Below are positions 8,666 through 18,208 of a stretch of DNA of 64,000 bases, piece after piece. This stretch comes from Candidatus Aenigmatarchaeota archaeon. Its GTDB lineage: Archaea; Aenigmatarchaeota; Aenigmatarchaeia; QMZS01. The translations under genes and the position numbers were made by a program. The notes under the pieces are model-generated. The model was given only the letters and a program-made list of their open reading frames with translations, did no database searches and was not told the origin of the DNA. The number at the start of each line of letters is the position of its first letter. Position 1 is the stretch's first letter. The stretch covers positions 24,233-88,232 of the forward strand of contig JAGLVB010000004.1 of NCBI GenBank assembly GCA_023134135.1. The letters run 5' to 3'.

Positions 8666-9385
8666 CTAACTAAGAAATTTTCTTACAAAATCATTTTTTG
8701 GTTTTTTGAGAAATTCTTTTGGTTTTCCTTCCTGCAAAATTCTGCCTTCTTTCAGTATAACAATTTTGTCCGCAATATCAAAAATTTCAGAAGGATTGTG
8801 GGTAATATAGACAATTGTTAATTTCATTTTTTTCTGCAAACCGACAAGTTCTTTCTTCAGTTCTTTCTTCAACACAGGGTCTAAATTCGAAAAAGGTTCA
8901 TCAAGAAGCAGGATTTTTGAATCCTGCGCAAGAACCCTTGCAATTGCAAGTCTCTGTTTCTCGCCCCCGGATAGTTGGCGCGGGTATGATTTAATATATT
9001 TATCCAGATTAACAAGTTTAAGTATTTTTGTTATTTCTTTCTCTTTCTGCTCTGAATTGGTAATTCCTTTTGCGTCCAGAACAAAATCAAGATGTTCTTC
9101 AGCATTCATATGAGGCCATAATCCAAGGTCCTGAAAAACAAAACCAATATTTCTTTTTTCCGGCTCAACAAATATCTTTTCTGAACAAACGCATTTATTA
9201 TTTATGAAAATAGTTCCTTTATCAGGAATTTCCAACCCGGATATAATCCTGAGTAGAGTAGTTTTCCCGCTCCCGCTTGGACCCAGTATTCCCGTAATCT
9301 TATTTTTTTCAATTTCAAGGGAAATATCCGATAAAATTTCCTTTTCAAAATATTTTGAGATATTGCTAATTTTTATTTCTTCCAT
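8666..9385 (-). CDS. ABC transporter ATP-binding protein
   Basis: Walker A GPSGSGKTT, signature LSGGEKQRLAIARVL, Walker B ILLLDEP. Confidence 0.9.
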   Translation of the reverse strand: MEEIKISNISKYFEKEILSDISLEIEKNKITGILGPSGSGKTTLLRIISGLEIPDKGTIFINNKCVCSEKIFVEPEKRNIGFVFQDLGLWPHMNAEEHLDFVLDAKGITNSEQKEKEITKILKLVNLDKYIKSYPRQLSGGEKQRLAIARVLAQDSKILLLDEPFSNLDPVLKKELKKELVGLQKKMKLTIVYITHNPSEIFDIADKIVILKEGRILQEGKPKEFLKKPKNDFVRKFLS

Positions 9386-9495
9386 AATTATCTTTCTAAA
9401 AATAGAAGGGGAAATCTAAATACAATAATTTAGGTGTTTGTAGAATATTGACCCCTAAATTAATTATAGTCCATAAAAATAAAAAACAAAATAAA

Positions 9496-10524
9496 TTATC
9501 TTAAGAATATATTCTGCACAAATTCCCCTGAAATTTTTAGTTTTTCAAAAATCTGGTAATCATTAACGCTCATTCCTTTAATTTCGCTTAGTTTTGGAAC
9601 ATTTTTAGGGGTCTCAACATCTCTTGTTGGTATCTGGATTGCTTTTGTTTCTGAGAGTTTTTTCTCTACTTCTTTTGAAAGCAGGTAATCTATCAATATT
9701 TTCCCATTTTTTTCATTAGGCGCTCCTTTGATTAAAGCAACAGAATTTGGAATCACTAAAGTTCCAATTTGTTCATTGCCCTGGTCCGGGAATACAATTT
9801 TTACAGGCTTTTTATCTACAATTGCGTCATTTGCATCATCTGTGTCTGTAATTCCAACCCAGCACTCGCCCGCAACAACCTGATCCCTTACCATTGAATT
9901 GCTTGAAACAATCTGGATTTCATTTTCTTTTAAGTCCAGGAAAAATTGTTTTGCTTTTTCATCTCCAAACAAGGCAAATAAAGATGCTACATGAGTGCCT
10001 GTTGTTCCAAACAATGGGTTGGCAATGCATGTTTTTCCTTTCCATTTTTCATCCGCAAACTCAAGGAATGAATTTGGTTCTTCTTCTTCACTAACCAAAT
10101 TTGTATTGTATAAAATTACCCTTGCTCTTGCCGCAAAACCAGTCCAGTAACAGTTTCCATCTTTATATTGAGCTGGAATATCTATACTGCTTGGTGAACA
10201 ATATGGCTGAAACACATTTTCGTTTTTTAACTGTATTGACCTGCTGACTTCATTGTTCCAGAAAACATCTGCCCGCGGATTGCTTTTTTCCGCAATTAGT
10301 TTGTTTACTAATCCAACTGTTTTTGTTAGTTCTGTGTCGTACAAAATTTTTGTGGTTATTCCTGTTTCTCTTTCAAATTCTTTCAGGATAGGTTCGCTGT
10401 AATCCTGATCATGAGCAACATAAATCACAACTTCATTCTGTTGCTGGGAAGATTGCGCTGCCCAAAGTATACCTGCAATCACTGTTATCGCTATTATTCC
10501 TATTAAAATTTTTGTATTGTCCAT
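9496..10524 (-). CDS. ABC transporter periplasmic-type solute-binding protein (Fe3+/thiamine-like family)
   Basis: N-terminal TM/signal anchor, size and sequence pattern typical of family-1 SBPs. Sits between the permease and the ATPase. Confidence 0.65.
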   Translation of the reverse strand: MDNTKILIGIIAITVIAGILWAAQSSQQQNEVVIYVAHDQDYSEPILKEFERETGITTKILYDTELTKTVGLVNKLIAEKSNPRADVFWNNEVSRSIQLKNENVFQPYCSPSSIDIPAQYKDGNCYWTGFAARARVILYNTNLVSEEEEPNSFLEFADEKWKGKTCIANPLFGTTGTHVASLFALFGDEKAKQFFLDLKENEIQIVSSNSMVRDQVVAGECWVGITDTDDANDAIVDKKPVKIVFPDQGNEQIGTLVIPNSVALIKGAPNEKNGKILIDYLLSKEVEKKLSETKAIQIPTRDVETPKNVPKLSEIKGMSVNDYQIFEKLKISGEFVQNIFLR

Positions 10525-10599
10525 TATTATCTATTGGATATATATATGATGTTGCTTGTTAAAATATTTTTATACCAACAGGTTTTATTTCTTCCATAA

Positions 10600-12168
10600 T
10601 TATATTTTTGAAAGTAGTTCTTTCTTTGTCAATAATAACATAACGACTGGAATAAGAATCATAAGGATTAATATAATTGATAAAGAGGAAACCATTTCAG
10701 CATTACCATAGTGCATTAGTGTTTCTATTCTGCATGGCAGGGTCTGGATGCCAGGCGGAGAAACCAGTAAAGTGGTTCCGAGTTCTCTCAGACACAGAAC
10801 AAAACCAACAACAAAACCCGCGATTATTCCCTGTTTCGCAAGGGGCAGTTCAATTTTAAGTATTCTTTTCAGGAAACCAGCTCTTGCAAGTTTTGCGCTT
10901 TCTTCCGCAGAAGCCGATATTTGATTTAAAAAAGGTGAAAAAGTTTTGATAACAAATGGCAGGAATTGAATGAGATACCCGATAATAATAATTATAAATG
11001 TTGTGTAAATTAAATTTGCGCAGGGATTATTCCAGAAATAAATCAGCGAGATTCCTATAATTGATGAGGGGATGGCAATTGGCAGCAGGATAAACAAATC
11101 CATATATTTTGAATTCTTTGAGAAATAGGCAACAAAGAAAGCCGATATTGTCATTAACCCCGCTCCAAGAAGAGCAAGTCCCAATGAATTAAATATCTGG
11201 TTATGAGCAAGTATCAGGGCTTCTATCAATTTCAATTTTGATTCTATAAGGAGAATTGATAGAGGGATAAAAAATGCAAGGGTGATTACCGAGATAACGA
11301 ATACCAAACTGATAATTTTTTGTAATTTTGAAAGTTCAAGAAGATTGTTTTTTTTGTTTGAGTTGGTTGAAATAGTTACAAAGGATTTATCTTTTAACCA
11401 GAAATTGTAAATAGTAATTAATACCATCGCAAGAAATACTAAAGGCAATGATAATATAACCGCGCTTTCAAGGTTGAAGAATGCGCTGAACTGGGCAAAA
11501 ATTTCATTTGAATAAGTATTAATTCTTAACATACTTGGAACCCCGTATTCTGATAAAGTAAGAATAAAAACAAAAAATCCAGCAATTAATATTTGCGGTT
11601 TTATCAGAGGCAGAGTAATTTTGCTGAGAACCTTTTTTTTGCTGGTTACGAGATTTGCGGTTTCTTCAAGTTTGCTGTCAAGATTTCTTATTGCCAGGGA
11701 AGTCAGCAAGGTTATAATAGGAAACATTGACAGGGACATTATTATGATTGCTGTGTGCAGGTTATAGATGCTGAAAGGCAGACTGATGCTGACCAGATCT
11801 CCTCTTGCCCCGAGAAATTCCATCCATGCTATTGCAGAAATATATGGGGGAATCAAAAGCGGTAAATAGGAGATAATTTTTAGGAAAGATTTTCCGGGTA
11901 GATTGGTTCCTTCAAATAGAAAAGCCATTGGAACTCCTATGCACATGCACAATACCGCAGTCCCAAAAGCAAATACCAAAGTTCTTGCAAAAATAGTAAT
12001 TAATCTTGGGTCATAGAAGAAAGAGATATAGTTAACAAGAGATGTAATTGCTGAAGAATCATAGAGCAATTGAATGGAAAAGATGCTTGCGAACAAGTTC
12101 AGGATTGGAAGTATAATTATTATAAAGAACAGGGAGAATACAATAAATTTAAGGGATTTTTCGCTCAT
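10600..12168 (-). CDS. ABC transporter permease, fused two-domain type (FbpB/ThiP-like)
   Basis: 522-aa polytopic protein with two permease repeats. First gene of the permease-SBP-ATPase operon. Confidence 0.75.
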   Translation of the reverse strand: MSEKSLKFIVFSLFFIIIILPILNLFASIFSIQLLYDSSAITSLVNYISFFYDPRLITIFARTLVFAFGTAVLCMCIGVPMAFLFEGTNLPGKSFLKIISYLPLLIPPYISAIAWMEFLGARGDLVSISLPFSIYNLHTAIIIMSLSMFPIITLLTSLAIRNLDSKLEETANLVTSKKKVLSKITLPLIKPQILIAGFFVFILTLSEYGVPSMLRINTYSNEIFAQFSAFFNLESAVILSLPLVFLAMVLITIYNFWLKDKSFVTISTNSNKKNNLLELSKLQKIISLVFVISVITLAFFIPLSILLIESKLKLIEALILAHNQIFNSLGLALLGAGLMTISAFFVAYFSKNSKYMDLFILLPIAIPSSIIGISLIYFWNNPCANLIYTTFIIIIIGYLIQFLPFVIKTFSPFLNQISASAEESAKLARAGFLKRILKIELPLAKQGIIAGFVVGFVLCLRELGTTLLVSPPGIQTLPCRIETLMHYGNAEMVSSLSIILILMILIPVVMLLLTKKELLSKI

Positions 12169-12195
12169 AAAAAAGGTTGTTTTAAAAATAGGTTT
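12068..12195. repeat. Direct repeat DR1 (about 128 bp) covering the start, first ~33 codons and upstream region of the ABC permease gene
   Basis: Near-identical to 13429-13557 (offset 1361 bp) with only a few mismatches. Confidence 0.8.
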
Positions 12196-12205
12196 CTGTA
12201 ATTTT

Positions 12206-12460
12206 GTTTTTGAAAACAGGAAAATAAGAAGAGAGTGGCATATGATGGGTGGTATTTTTCCGTTGTTGATGTTGTTGAGGCTTTGACGGATAGTTCCGCT
12301 CCTCGTCAGTATTGAGGAGTATTGAAAAGCAGAGAAAATCAGTTGTTAACAATTTGTTTGTAACTGAAATTACAATCCTCAGACGGAAAATATTATTTTA
12401 CAGATTGCGCCAATACCGAAGGAATTTTTCGCATAATTCAATTAATCCCCTCTAAAAAAC
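12206..12460 (+). pseudogene. Degraded Bro-N gene fragment (ghost copy)
   Basis: Reads FENRKIRREWH..VVDVVEALTDSSAPRQY*..SSDGKYYFTDCANTEGIFRIIQLIPSKK across frames with stops and frameshifts. Collinear with residues ~10-100 of the intact copies. Confidence 0.7.
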
Positions 12461-12538
12461 AGAATATAAATGAACCGTACGATAAAATCGGACAGTTGAA
12501 ATATTTATAGGAATTAAAGAAGAATTTAAAAGTAAATT

Positions 12539-13399
12539 ATGGACTCTGATAAAGCGCTTGTGGTTTTTGAAGATAAAAAAATCAGGAGAATTTGGCATAA
12601 TGGTGAATGGTGGTTTTCTATTGTTGATGTTGTTAGAGCATTAACTGAGAGTATTGATGCAAAAGATTATTGGTATAGATTAAAAAAGAGGGAATTGGAA
12701 TCAAGCGGAATTGAGTTATCGACGTTTTGTCGACAACTTAAATTAATTTCAACAGATGGCAAGAAATATGTTACAGACTGCGCAAACACAGAATCCTTAT
12801 TTAGAATAGTTCAATCAATCCCTTCCAAAAAAGCCGAACCATTTAAAAGATGGCTTGCAAAAGTCGGTTACGAACGGGTGCAGGAAATAGAGAATCCAGA
12901 ATTAGCGCAAAAAAGGATGAAAGAAATTTATAAAGCAAAAGGTTATTCTGACAATTGGATTGAAAAAAGAGTGAGAGGAATTGCGATAAGAGATGAATTA
13001 ACCGGAGAGTGGAAAAATCGCGGAGTAAACAAAAACATAGAATACGCAATTCTTACAAACGAGATAAGCAAGGCAACATTTGGAAAGACCGTCGAAGAAT
13101 ACAAACAATTCAAGAAATTAAATAGAGAAAATTTAAGAGACCACATGAATGATTTGGAACTTATATTTACGATGCTCGGCGAGGCGTCCACTACAAAAAT
13201 AGCCAAAAACCTTGATGCGCAGGGATTTGAGAGAAACAAAACTGCCGCAAGAAAAGGCGGAAGAATAGCGGGAAATGCAAGAAAAGAATTGGAAGTAGAA
13301 TCAAAAGAAAAAATAGTTACTTCTGATAATTATCTTGAAGAGTCTGAAAAAATAAAAAGATTGGGAAAAAAGAGAGCTGAACTTGAGGACAAAATATAA
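12539..13399 (+). CDS. Bro-N domain protein (BRO/DinD-like), copy 2
   Basis: MDSDKALVVFEDKKIRRIWHNGEWWFSIVDVVRALT. Long stretches of nucleotide identity with copy 3 at 54098. Confidence 0.7.
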   Translation: MDSDKALVVFEDKKIRRIWHNGEWWFSIVDVVRALTESIDAKDYWYRLKKRELESSGIELSTFCRQLKLISTDGKKYVTDCANTESLFRIVQSIPSKKAEPFKRWLAKVGYERVQEIENPELAQKRMKEIYKAKGYSDNWIEKRVRGIAIRDELTGEWKNRGVNKNIEYAILTNEISKATFGKTVEEYKQFKKLNRENLRDHMNDLELIFTMLGEASTTKIAKNLDAQGFERNKTAARKGGRIAGNARKELEVESKEKIVTSDNYLEESEKIKRLGKKRAELEDKI

Positions 13400-13428
13400 G
13401 GAGATGTTATCAAGATAGTGTAACAGAT

Positions 13429-13557
13429 AATTGAATAGAAAAGATGCTTGCGAACAAGTTCAGGATTGGAAGTATAATTGTTATAAAGAACAGGGAGAAT
13501 ACAATAAGTTTAATGGATTTTTCGCTCATAAAAATATTTGTTTTAAAATAGAGTTTG
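13429..13557. repeat. Direct repeat DR2, an orphan duplicate of the permease 5' end
   Basis: Near-identical to 12068-12195. On the minus strand it encodes an orphan MSEKSIKLIVFSLFFITIILPILNLFASIFSIQL fragment. Confidence 0.8.
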
Positions 13558-13580
13558 GATAATCCTTCTAAAGCAAGGAT

Positions 13581-14372
13581 TTAAATATTTAATTCTGTAG
13601 CTGCCAGTACATAAAGTTTACATAAATCATTTGCAAATTTATCTTCCAGTTTTTCGCAAGTTTTAGTATCTTTGGATATAGTGCCTATGCACCGGGCTCT
13701 TTCCATTTTAGATAAAATAGAATCGCATAAATCAAGGTTATTTTCCATAACAGCTCGTTGACTATAACATGCATCGGTTCCGCAATAACTGGAATCTTCT
13801 GACATTATTGCGTCACACAGGTCTTTTTCCTGAGGTTCTGAGATAATTTCTTCGCAATAGGAAGAGTTATTTTTAACAACAGCTAAACAGGTATATTTTG
13901 CGCTTTCATGTCCAATATCATCACAATTTTCTTCAGCATATAGTTTGTAATATTTGTAGGGTATATACAGGAAGCAGGATTCCAAAAAAGTTGGCGATTC
14001 TATATATTCTTCGCATATTGATGGATTTTTTTCTTTTAAAGCAACATTTGAGAAACAGATTGTTCTTTGAAAAGGGTCATTGATTTGATTGCATAATTCA
14101 ATATTGGCATTTTTCATTGTGGAGAAACGCCAACAAATTGATCTTAAATTACCCGCAAGGTCGCAATAAGTTGAATTGCCGGTGAAAAAAGAATAACATA
14201 TTATTTTTGTTTCAGGGTGGCTGAAATTATCGCACATTTCAATTTTAGTTATAGGTTCTAAATTATTTTGGTTTTTATTAGAATTCAAAGTTATCAAAAC
14301 AATTGCAATAATTATCAGAATAATTGAAACATATAAAATGTTTTTGTTCCTTTTTTTTATATCCTTTGACAT
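13581..14372 (-). CDS. Membrane-anchored cysteine-repeat protein (island unit A, gene 4)
   Basis: N-terminal TM helix, then tandem degenerate repeats of the form C-x2-I/L-x(6-9)-C-aromatic-x3-aliphatic-x(5-8)-C, e.g. LCDSILSKMERARCIGTISKDTKTCEKLEDKFANDLCKLYVLA. Paralog of 14375-15136. Confidence 0.55.
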   Translation of the reverse strand: MSKDIKKRNKNILYVSIILIIIAIVLITLNSNKNQNNLEPITKIEMCDNFSHPETKIICYSFFTGNSTYCDLAGNLRSICWRFSTMKNANIELCNQINDPFQRTICFSNVALKEKNPSICEEYIESPTFLESCFLYIPYKYYKLYAEENCDDIGHESAKYTCLAVVKNNSSYCEEIISEPQEKDLCDAIMSEDSSYCGTDACYSQRAVMENNLDLCDSILSKMERARCIGTISKDTKTCEKLEDKFANDLCKLYVLAATELNI

Positions 14373-14374
14373 AA

Positions 14375-15136
14375 TTATTCATAAAATAAATCTAAGTCTT
14401 TTCCCATAAAGAATATTTTGCAAAGGTCTTTTTCATCTTCAAGTTCATTGCAGTTTTCTATTTTATCTGACGCAAATGCCACGCATTTTGCTCTTAAAAA
14501 TTCTGTTGGTTCTTCAAGACAATAATTCCAGTCGCTGTTTTTTGAGACCAGAATTGCGCATAATGGATTAAGGAAACCCTGCTCATCTTTGCACATTCCA
14601 ATATTTTTTGAAAACAATGCTTTGCAGGTGGTTCTTTCATAATAATCTTCTATCTGGTCGCAATATCCTAAATCTTTGGTGACTTTTGCCAGACAGGTAT
14701 ATTTATTATAATCAATTTTTATCAGATTGCAGGATTCTATAGTAGAATAGAAAAAATAACAGGAATCTTCTTCACATAAACTTAAATCACTTTTTGATTT
14801 TGCAAGTTTTCTAAGACATATATTTTTAATGGAGTTGTCTTTTATTTCATTGCAGAATATTTCATTAACACCTATTTTAGATAAAATAGCTTTTGCGCAA
14901 CCGCTTTTATATTTTCCACCAAAATCATTGCAAATATTTAAATCTTTTGAAAGGGTTGCATAACAGATAGTTCTTAATTTGGGATATACAAATTCATCGC
15001 AAATATTTATTTCATCCGCAGGTTCTTCATGAATTTCAATGTTTTGCAAGGGCGAATTTAATAAAGAAAGTCCAATTATAATAGATAAGGTTATACATAT
15101 TATTGCAATTGCGAGGTATTTTTTATCCATAATCAT
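14375..15136 (-). CDS. Membrane-anchored cysteine-repeat protein (island unit A, gene 3)
   Basis: Same architecture and repeat as 13581-14372 (YCDQIEDYYERTTCKALFSKNIGMCKD, NCNELEDEKDLCKIFF). Its ATG overlaps the upstream stop (ATGA at 15133-15136). Confidence 0.55.
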   Translation of the reverse strand: MIMDKKYLAIAIICITLSIIIGLSLLNSPLQNIEIHEEPADEINICDEFVYPKLRTICYATLSKDLNICNDFGGKYKSGCAKAILSKIGVNEIFCNEIKDNSIKNICLRKLAKSKSDLSLCEEDSCYFFYSTIESCNLIKIDYNKYTCLAKVTKDLGYCDQIEDYYERTTCKALFSKNIGMCKDEQGFLNPLCAILVSKNSDWNYCLEEPTEFLRAKCVAFASDKIENCNELEDEKDLCKIFFMGKDLDLFYE

Positions 15137-16329
15137 GTTTTTACCGAAACAACACTCGTGTTGTAAGTAAATTCAATATTATACATTCCTTTTTGGGTAA
15201 TGTTTTCAAAATTAATTGGAAAGGTGCAATCCAGATTTTTGCAACTGTTCAACATACATAATTGATTGCCCTGATATAATATAGGATAAGTAAAATACAT
15301 ATCTCTTGTAATTATAAGTGTTTCGCTTGGATTTCTTTCAGCTTTTGCGCAGATATCTTCAATTAAACTTGAGATTGTTTCAAGTTCTCCTTTTACAGCA
15401 GTTATTTTTATTATTCCTTCCCTCATGGTGGTTTCATTGTATCTAATTGTAATAGGAAGCACAATCTGGATTTCTTCTTCTTTTGCATCATGCGGAGAAA
15501 ATGAAGATATTCCGCTAACAGGTAGATATGCAAACCCCCAGGATTTTTGTTTAATATCTGATGTAAAATTCACTCCATAGGGTTCTCGACTTGCAGTTAT
15601 AGTAAGACCGCACCATGCATGAATATGTCTTATAGTTATTTCAGTGCAATTTGTCGCCGGGTCAATATTATAACATTCCATCATCCATGGATGTGAATTG
15701 CAGGTCTTCCTTACGCAGCAGGCCATTTCAGAAGTGCCTTCATAAATTTTTTCGCATTCCTCTGATGATTTTATATATTGCGAACAATCATAAGGCGTAC
15801 ACACAACACTGCGACCTCCGCAGTTTAAGGTTCTTGGAAAACGTCCATCCAGTTCACCACCACCACAGCAACCCTCCAAATTACCATCACAATGAATATA
15901 TATTGTTGGTTGTCCATGGAAAGCTATGCTCCAGTTTGAATTCTCCGGGTCGCATTCCTTTTCTTTTATTTGCATTCCCTGGTAAGTCCGGAAATTCTTT
16001 TCAAATTGGATTATCTCAATATTATAATCAAAATCCATGGCTTTTGCGTATTTTGGTTCAAGACCCTGATAACTATTATTAAAATCCAGAATTTTATTGA
16101 TATCAAGATTTCCTTTTTGCGTTACATTGTTATATTCATAAGCCAGGCATTCCTTGGTATTTATAAGTTTCTGCAGAATTTCCAGAGAATCCATCCTAAG
16201 TTCAGAACTTTCTTTTTCTTCGATAGTTGTGACTTTTGACATCTGCGAGATAAGGATAATTGATGTGAATGCCAGAACAGATATAACTATTAAAATCGCT
16301 TTAATAAAAAAGTTCATTTGACCTCTCAT
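15133..16329 (-). CDS. Class III signal (pilin-like) cysteine-rich secreted protein (island unit A, gene 2)
   Basis: Start moved to the internal ATG at 16329 (MRGQMNFFIKAILIVISVLAF), one nt after the upstream gene's stop. The track's longer N-terminus overlaps that upstream gene. Cys-rich core: CDGNLEGCCGGGELDGRFPRTLNCGGRSVVCTPYDC. Confidence 0.55.
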   Translation of the reverse strand: MRGQMNFFIKAILIVISVLAFTSIILISQMSKVTTIEEKESSELRMDSLEILQKLINTKECLAYEYNNVTQKGNLDINKILDFNNSYQGLEPKYAKAMDFDYNIEIIQFEKNFRTYQGMQIKEKECDPENSNWSIAFHGQPTIYIHCDGNLEGCCGGGELDGRFPRTLNCGGRSVVCTPYDCSQYIKSSEECEKIYEGTSEMACCVRKTCNSHPWMMECYNIDPATNCTEITIRHIHAWCGLTITASREPYGVNFTSDIKQKSWGFAYLPVSGISSFSPHDAKEEEIQIVLPITIRYNETTMREGIIKITAVKGELETISSLIEDICAKAERNPSETLIITRDMYFTYPILYQGNQLCMLNSCKNLDCTFPINFENITQKGMYNIEFTYNTSVVSVKT

Positions 16330-16330
16330 A

Positions 16331-17536
16331 TTAACATCCGCACCCTGGGCAAGGGCATGTAGTGCAACAGCGGCAGGGATCTCTCCAGAAAGCAATAGCC
16401 CCAACCCTGAAAATCATAGGAACAGGTCCTTTATCTGAAGGGACATGGAAATAATTATCTGTGCAGACATATTGGTGCGATGTGGCAAATCTTGCTTCAT
16501 AATGACATAAACAATAAGACTGTGCATGCACAACAGGCAAAAGATTTAAATCAATATTACTAAGATATTCATTGATTTTATCATAATATCCCTGCAGGAT
16601 TACATTAGGCGCAGGGCAAATGGATGATGTTGGAGGAGGAGGAACGCATTCATGTTCGCAGGATGAACTGCAATCATTATCCCAGGGCAGGCAACCGCAA
16701 GGATATCCGCAAATAGGTCCGATTCCTTGAGTGCAACAAAGGTAAGGTTTTGTTCTAATACATTCCACTTCAGTTTCATTAAATCTTCTTTGCAAATCAT
16801 CCAAGGCAAGTTCACCGCATCGTTCTGAAGCGACTATACAATCACCTGTGCATTCTTCTTCCCCTGAACGAGCATCGCAGGCACAGCCTAATAAAGCGCA
16901 AACACAAGGGGAATAAACATCGTCTTCAGCCCATTCATGGAAAATTCTATGAAGGTACCAGTATCGATTTCTGGTTATAAATTCATCTATATTCATATCA
17001 TCATTAACAGTTGCTCCGCCGCCGGATACAGAAACTAAAGCTTCGGTAATATTTACCCAGAAATTTCCTTCATCATAATATTTAGGGTCATAAACTCCAA
17101 CTGGATCTAAAACTTCATCCGGGTCAACATCATATTCACAGGATGAAAAATTTTTCTTTATTATAGTGATAGGCGTGTCCAAAACAGAATAATTGCCAAG
17201 ATAAACATTAGCATAATATAAAGTGTATTTTTCAAGACAATCTATTGAATCTTCAACAGGAAAATTATTTGGTCCATTGCAAATCCACTCCTGCGCTCCT
17301 ATCTGTCCTCCAAGGCAGGCATGTTCTCTTAAACTCTGATGAGCAGAATAAATATTTGCCTGCTTTGAATATCCTTTAAGTCTTTCTATTTCATTTCTTA
17401 ATGTATCCACAGTATATCTTTCAGAGATACTTTCCTCGTATTTTGTCCCGTAAAATGCATTGTAAAAAAAGTAACTTAATAATACACTTCCAATCAATAA
17501 TATTAGAAATATAATAGGGAGTAGTTGCGCTTTCAT
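16331..17536 (-). CDS. Extremely cysteine-rich secreted/anchored protein (island unit A, gene 1)
   Basis: N-terminal hydrophobic helix MKAQLLPIIFLILLIGSVLL. By hand count, 31 Cys in 401 aa, clustered as CVCALLGCACD, CCTQGIGPICGYPCGCLPWDNDCSSSCEHEC and a C-terminal CRCCTTCPCPGCGC. Confidence 0.55.
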   Translation of the reverse strand: MKAQLLPIIFLILLIGSVLLSYFFYNAFYGTKYEESISERYTVDTLRNEIERLKGYSKQANIYSAHQSLREHACLGGQIGAQEWICNGPNNFPVEDSIDCLEKYTLYYANVYLGNYSVLDTPITIIKKNFSSCEYDVDPDEVLDPVGVYDPKYYDEGNFWVNITEALVSVSGGGATVNDDMNIDEFITRNRYWYLHRIFHEWAEDDVYSPCVCALLGCACDARSGEEECTGDCIVASERCGELALDDLQRRFNETEVECIRTKPYLCCTQGIGPICGYPCGCLPWDNDCSSSCEHECVPPPPTSSICPAPNVILQGYYDKINEYLSNIDLNLLPVVHAQSYCLCHYEARFATSHQYVCTDNYFHVPSDKGPVPMIFRVGAIAFWRDPCRCCTTCPCPGCGC

Positions 17537-17559
17537 AAATATAATATAGTTTAAATATT

Positions 17560-17991
17560 ATGGATATATCCAGCATCAGGATAAAAGAACGGGTGGCTGA
17601 GGAGTTTTATGATAAATTTACCCGCAGTTATCAACAAAATGATTTGCGAGAAGCATCAAAGAATTTGTGGGACTGCCTTAAACATTTGGTTTTGGGGTTG
17701 GGTTTTTGCAAGAATAAGGAATTAGGTGATAAGGATTTTATGGATTTTTTAAACGAATTTGAAACAGAGATTACGAAAGATGACATAAATACTATAAAAG
17801 CGATTCATATAAATTCCCTGAGAGGTGCGATGGATTCTGGAATGTTTGATATTTACAAAAGAAAAGTTGATATGTTGAGGAATAAATTAAAAAATATGAT
17901 TAAAGATTATCTAAGTTCCGGGAGTGAGTTGGATTCTGGAGAGGATATAATGGAAACTTCCAGTGATGAGAGTTCAGAAAATCACTCATAA
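17560..17991 (+). CDS. Hypothetical helical cytoplasmic protein with an acidic/serine-rich tail
   Basis: ORF divergent from island unit A. No signal peptide. Weak resemblance to archaeal PaREP1-like helical proteins (LREASKNLWDCLKHLV). Confidence 0.4.
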   Translation: MDISSIRIKERVAEEFYDKFTRSYQQNDLREASKNLWDCLKHLVLGLGFCKNKELGDKDFMDFLNEFETEITKDDINTIKAIHINSLRGAMDSGMFDIYKRKVDMLRNKLKNMIKDYLSSGSELDSGEDIMETSSDESSENHS

Positions 17992-18161
17992 AAAAGGAAA
18001 ACTGGAAGTAAATAAAGTATTTATAGTTTAAATACAATTATCATAATCATGTTTCAACAATTTGTAAGCAGGAACTAAATTTTTTAAAGTGCGATTATAA
18101 TAATTATGAATAAACAAAGCGTTATTTGGTGTTGCCCACTATAAATAAATACTTTTATACC

Positions 18162-18208
18162 TTCAATTACTAATTATGAAGGGCACAGTGGATGTTTGGA
18201 TATGGATT
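18162..18208 (+). promoter_or_regulatory. 47-bp block (-14 to +33 around the ATG) duplicated perfectly at 21966-22012
   Basis: ttcaattactaattatgaagggcacagtggatgtttggatatggatt is identical in both places. An upstream aatactttt(a/g)ta TATA-like box is also conserved. Confidence 0.5.

Noticed and set aside
8582-8821. 79-aa plus-strand ORF downstream of aglB.
   Set aside because: It lies antisense to the 3' end of the ABC ATPase gene, has a low-complexity F/K/I-rich sequence, and uses a non-ATG start.
12074-12286. 70-aa plus-strand ORF spanning the permease start region and the Bro-N ghost fragment.
   Set aside because: It is a chimeric reading through the antisense of the permease 5' end and a decayed Bro-N fragment, not a gene.
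16330-16404. N-terminal extension (MGLLLSGEIPAAVALHALAQGADVN) of the 15133 ORF overlapping the upstream gene by 74 nt.
   Set aside because: The internal ATG at 16329 gives a canonical MRGQ + hydrophobic leader and sits 1 nt after the upstream stop. The extension is the out-of-frame reading of the upstream gene's Cys-rich tail.
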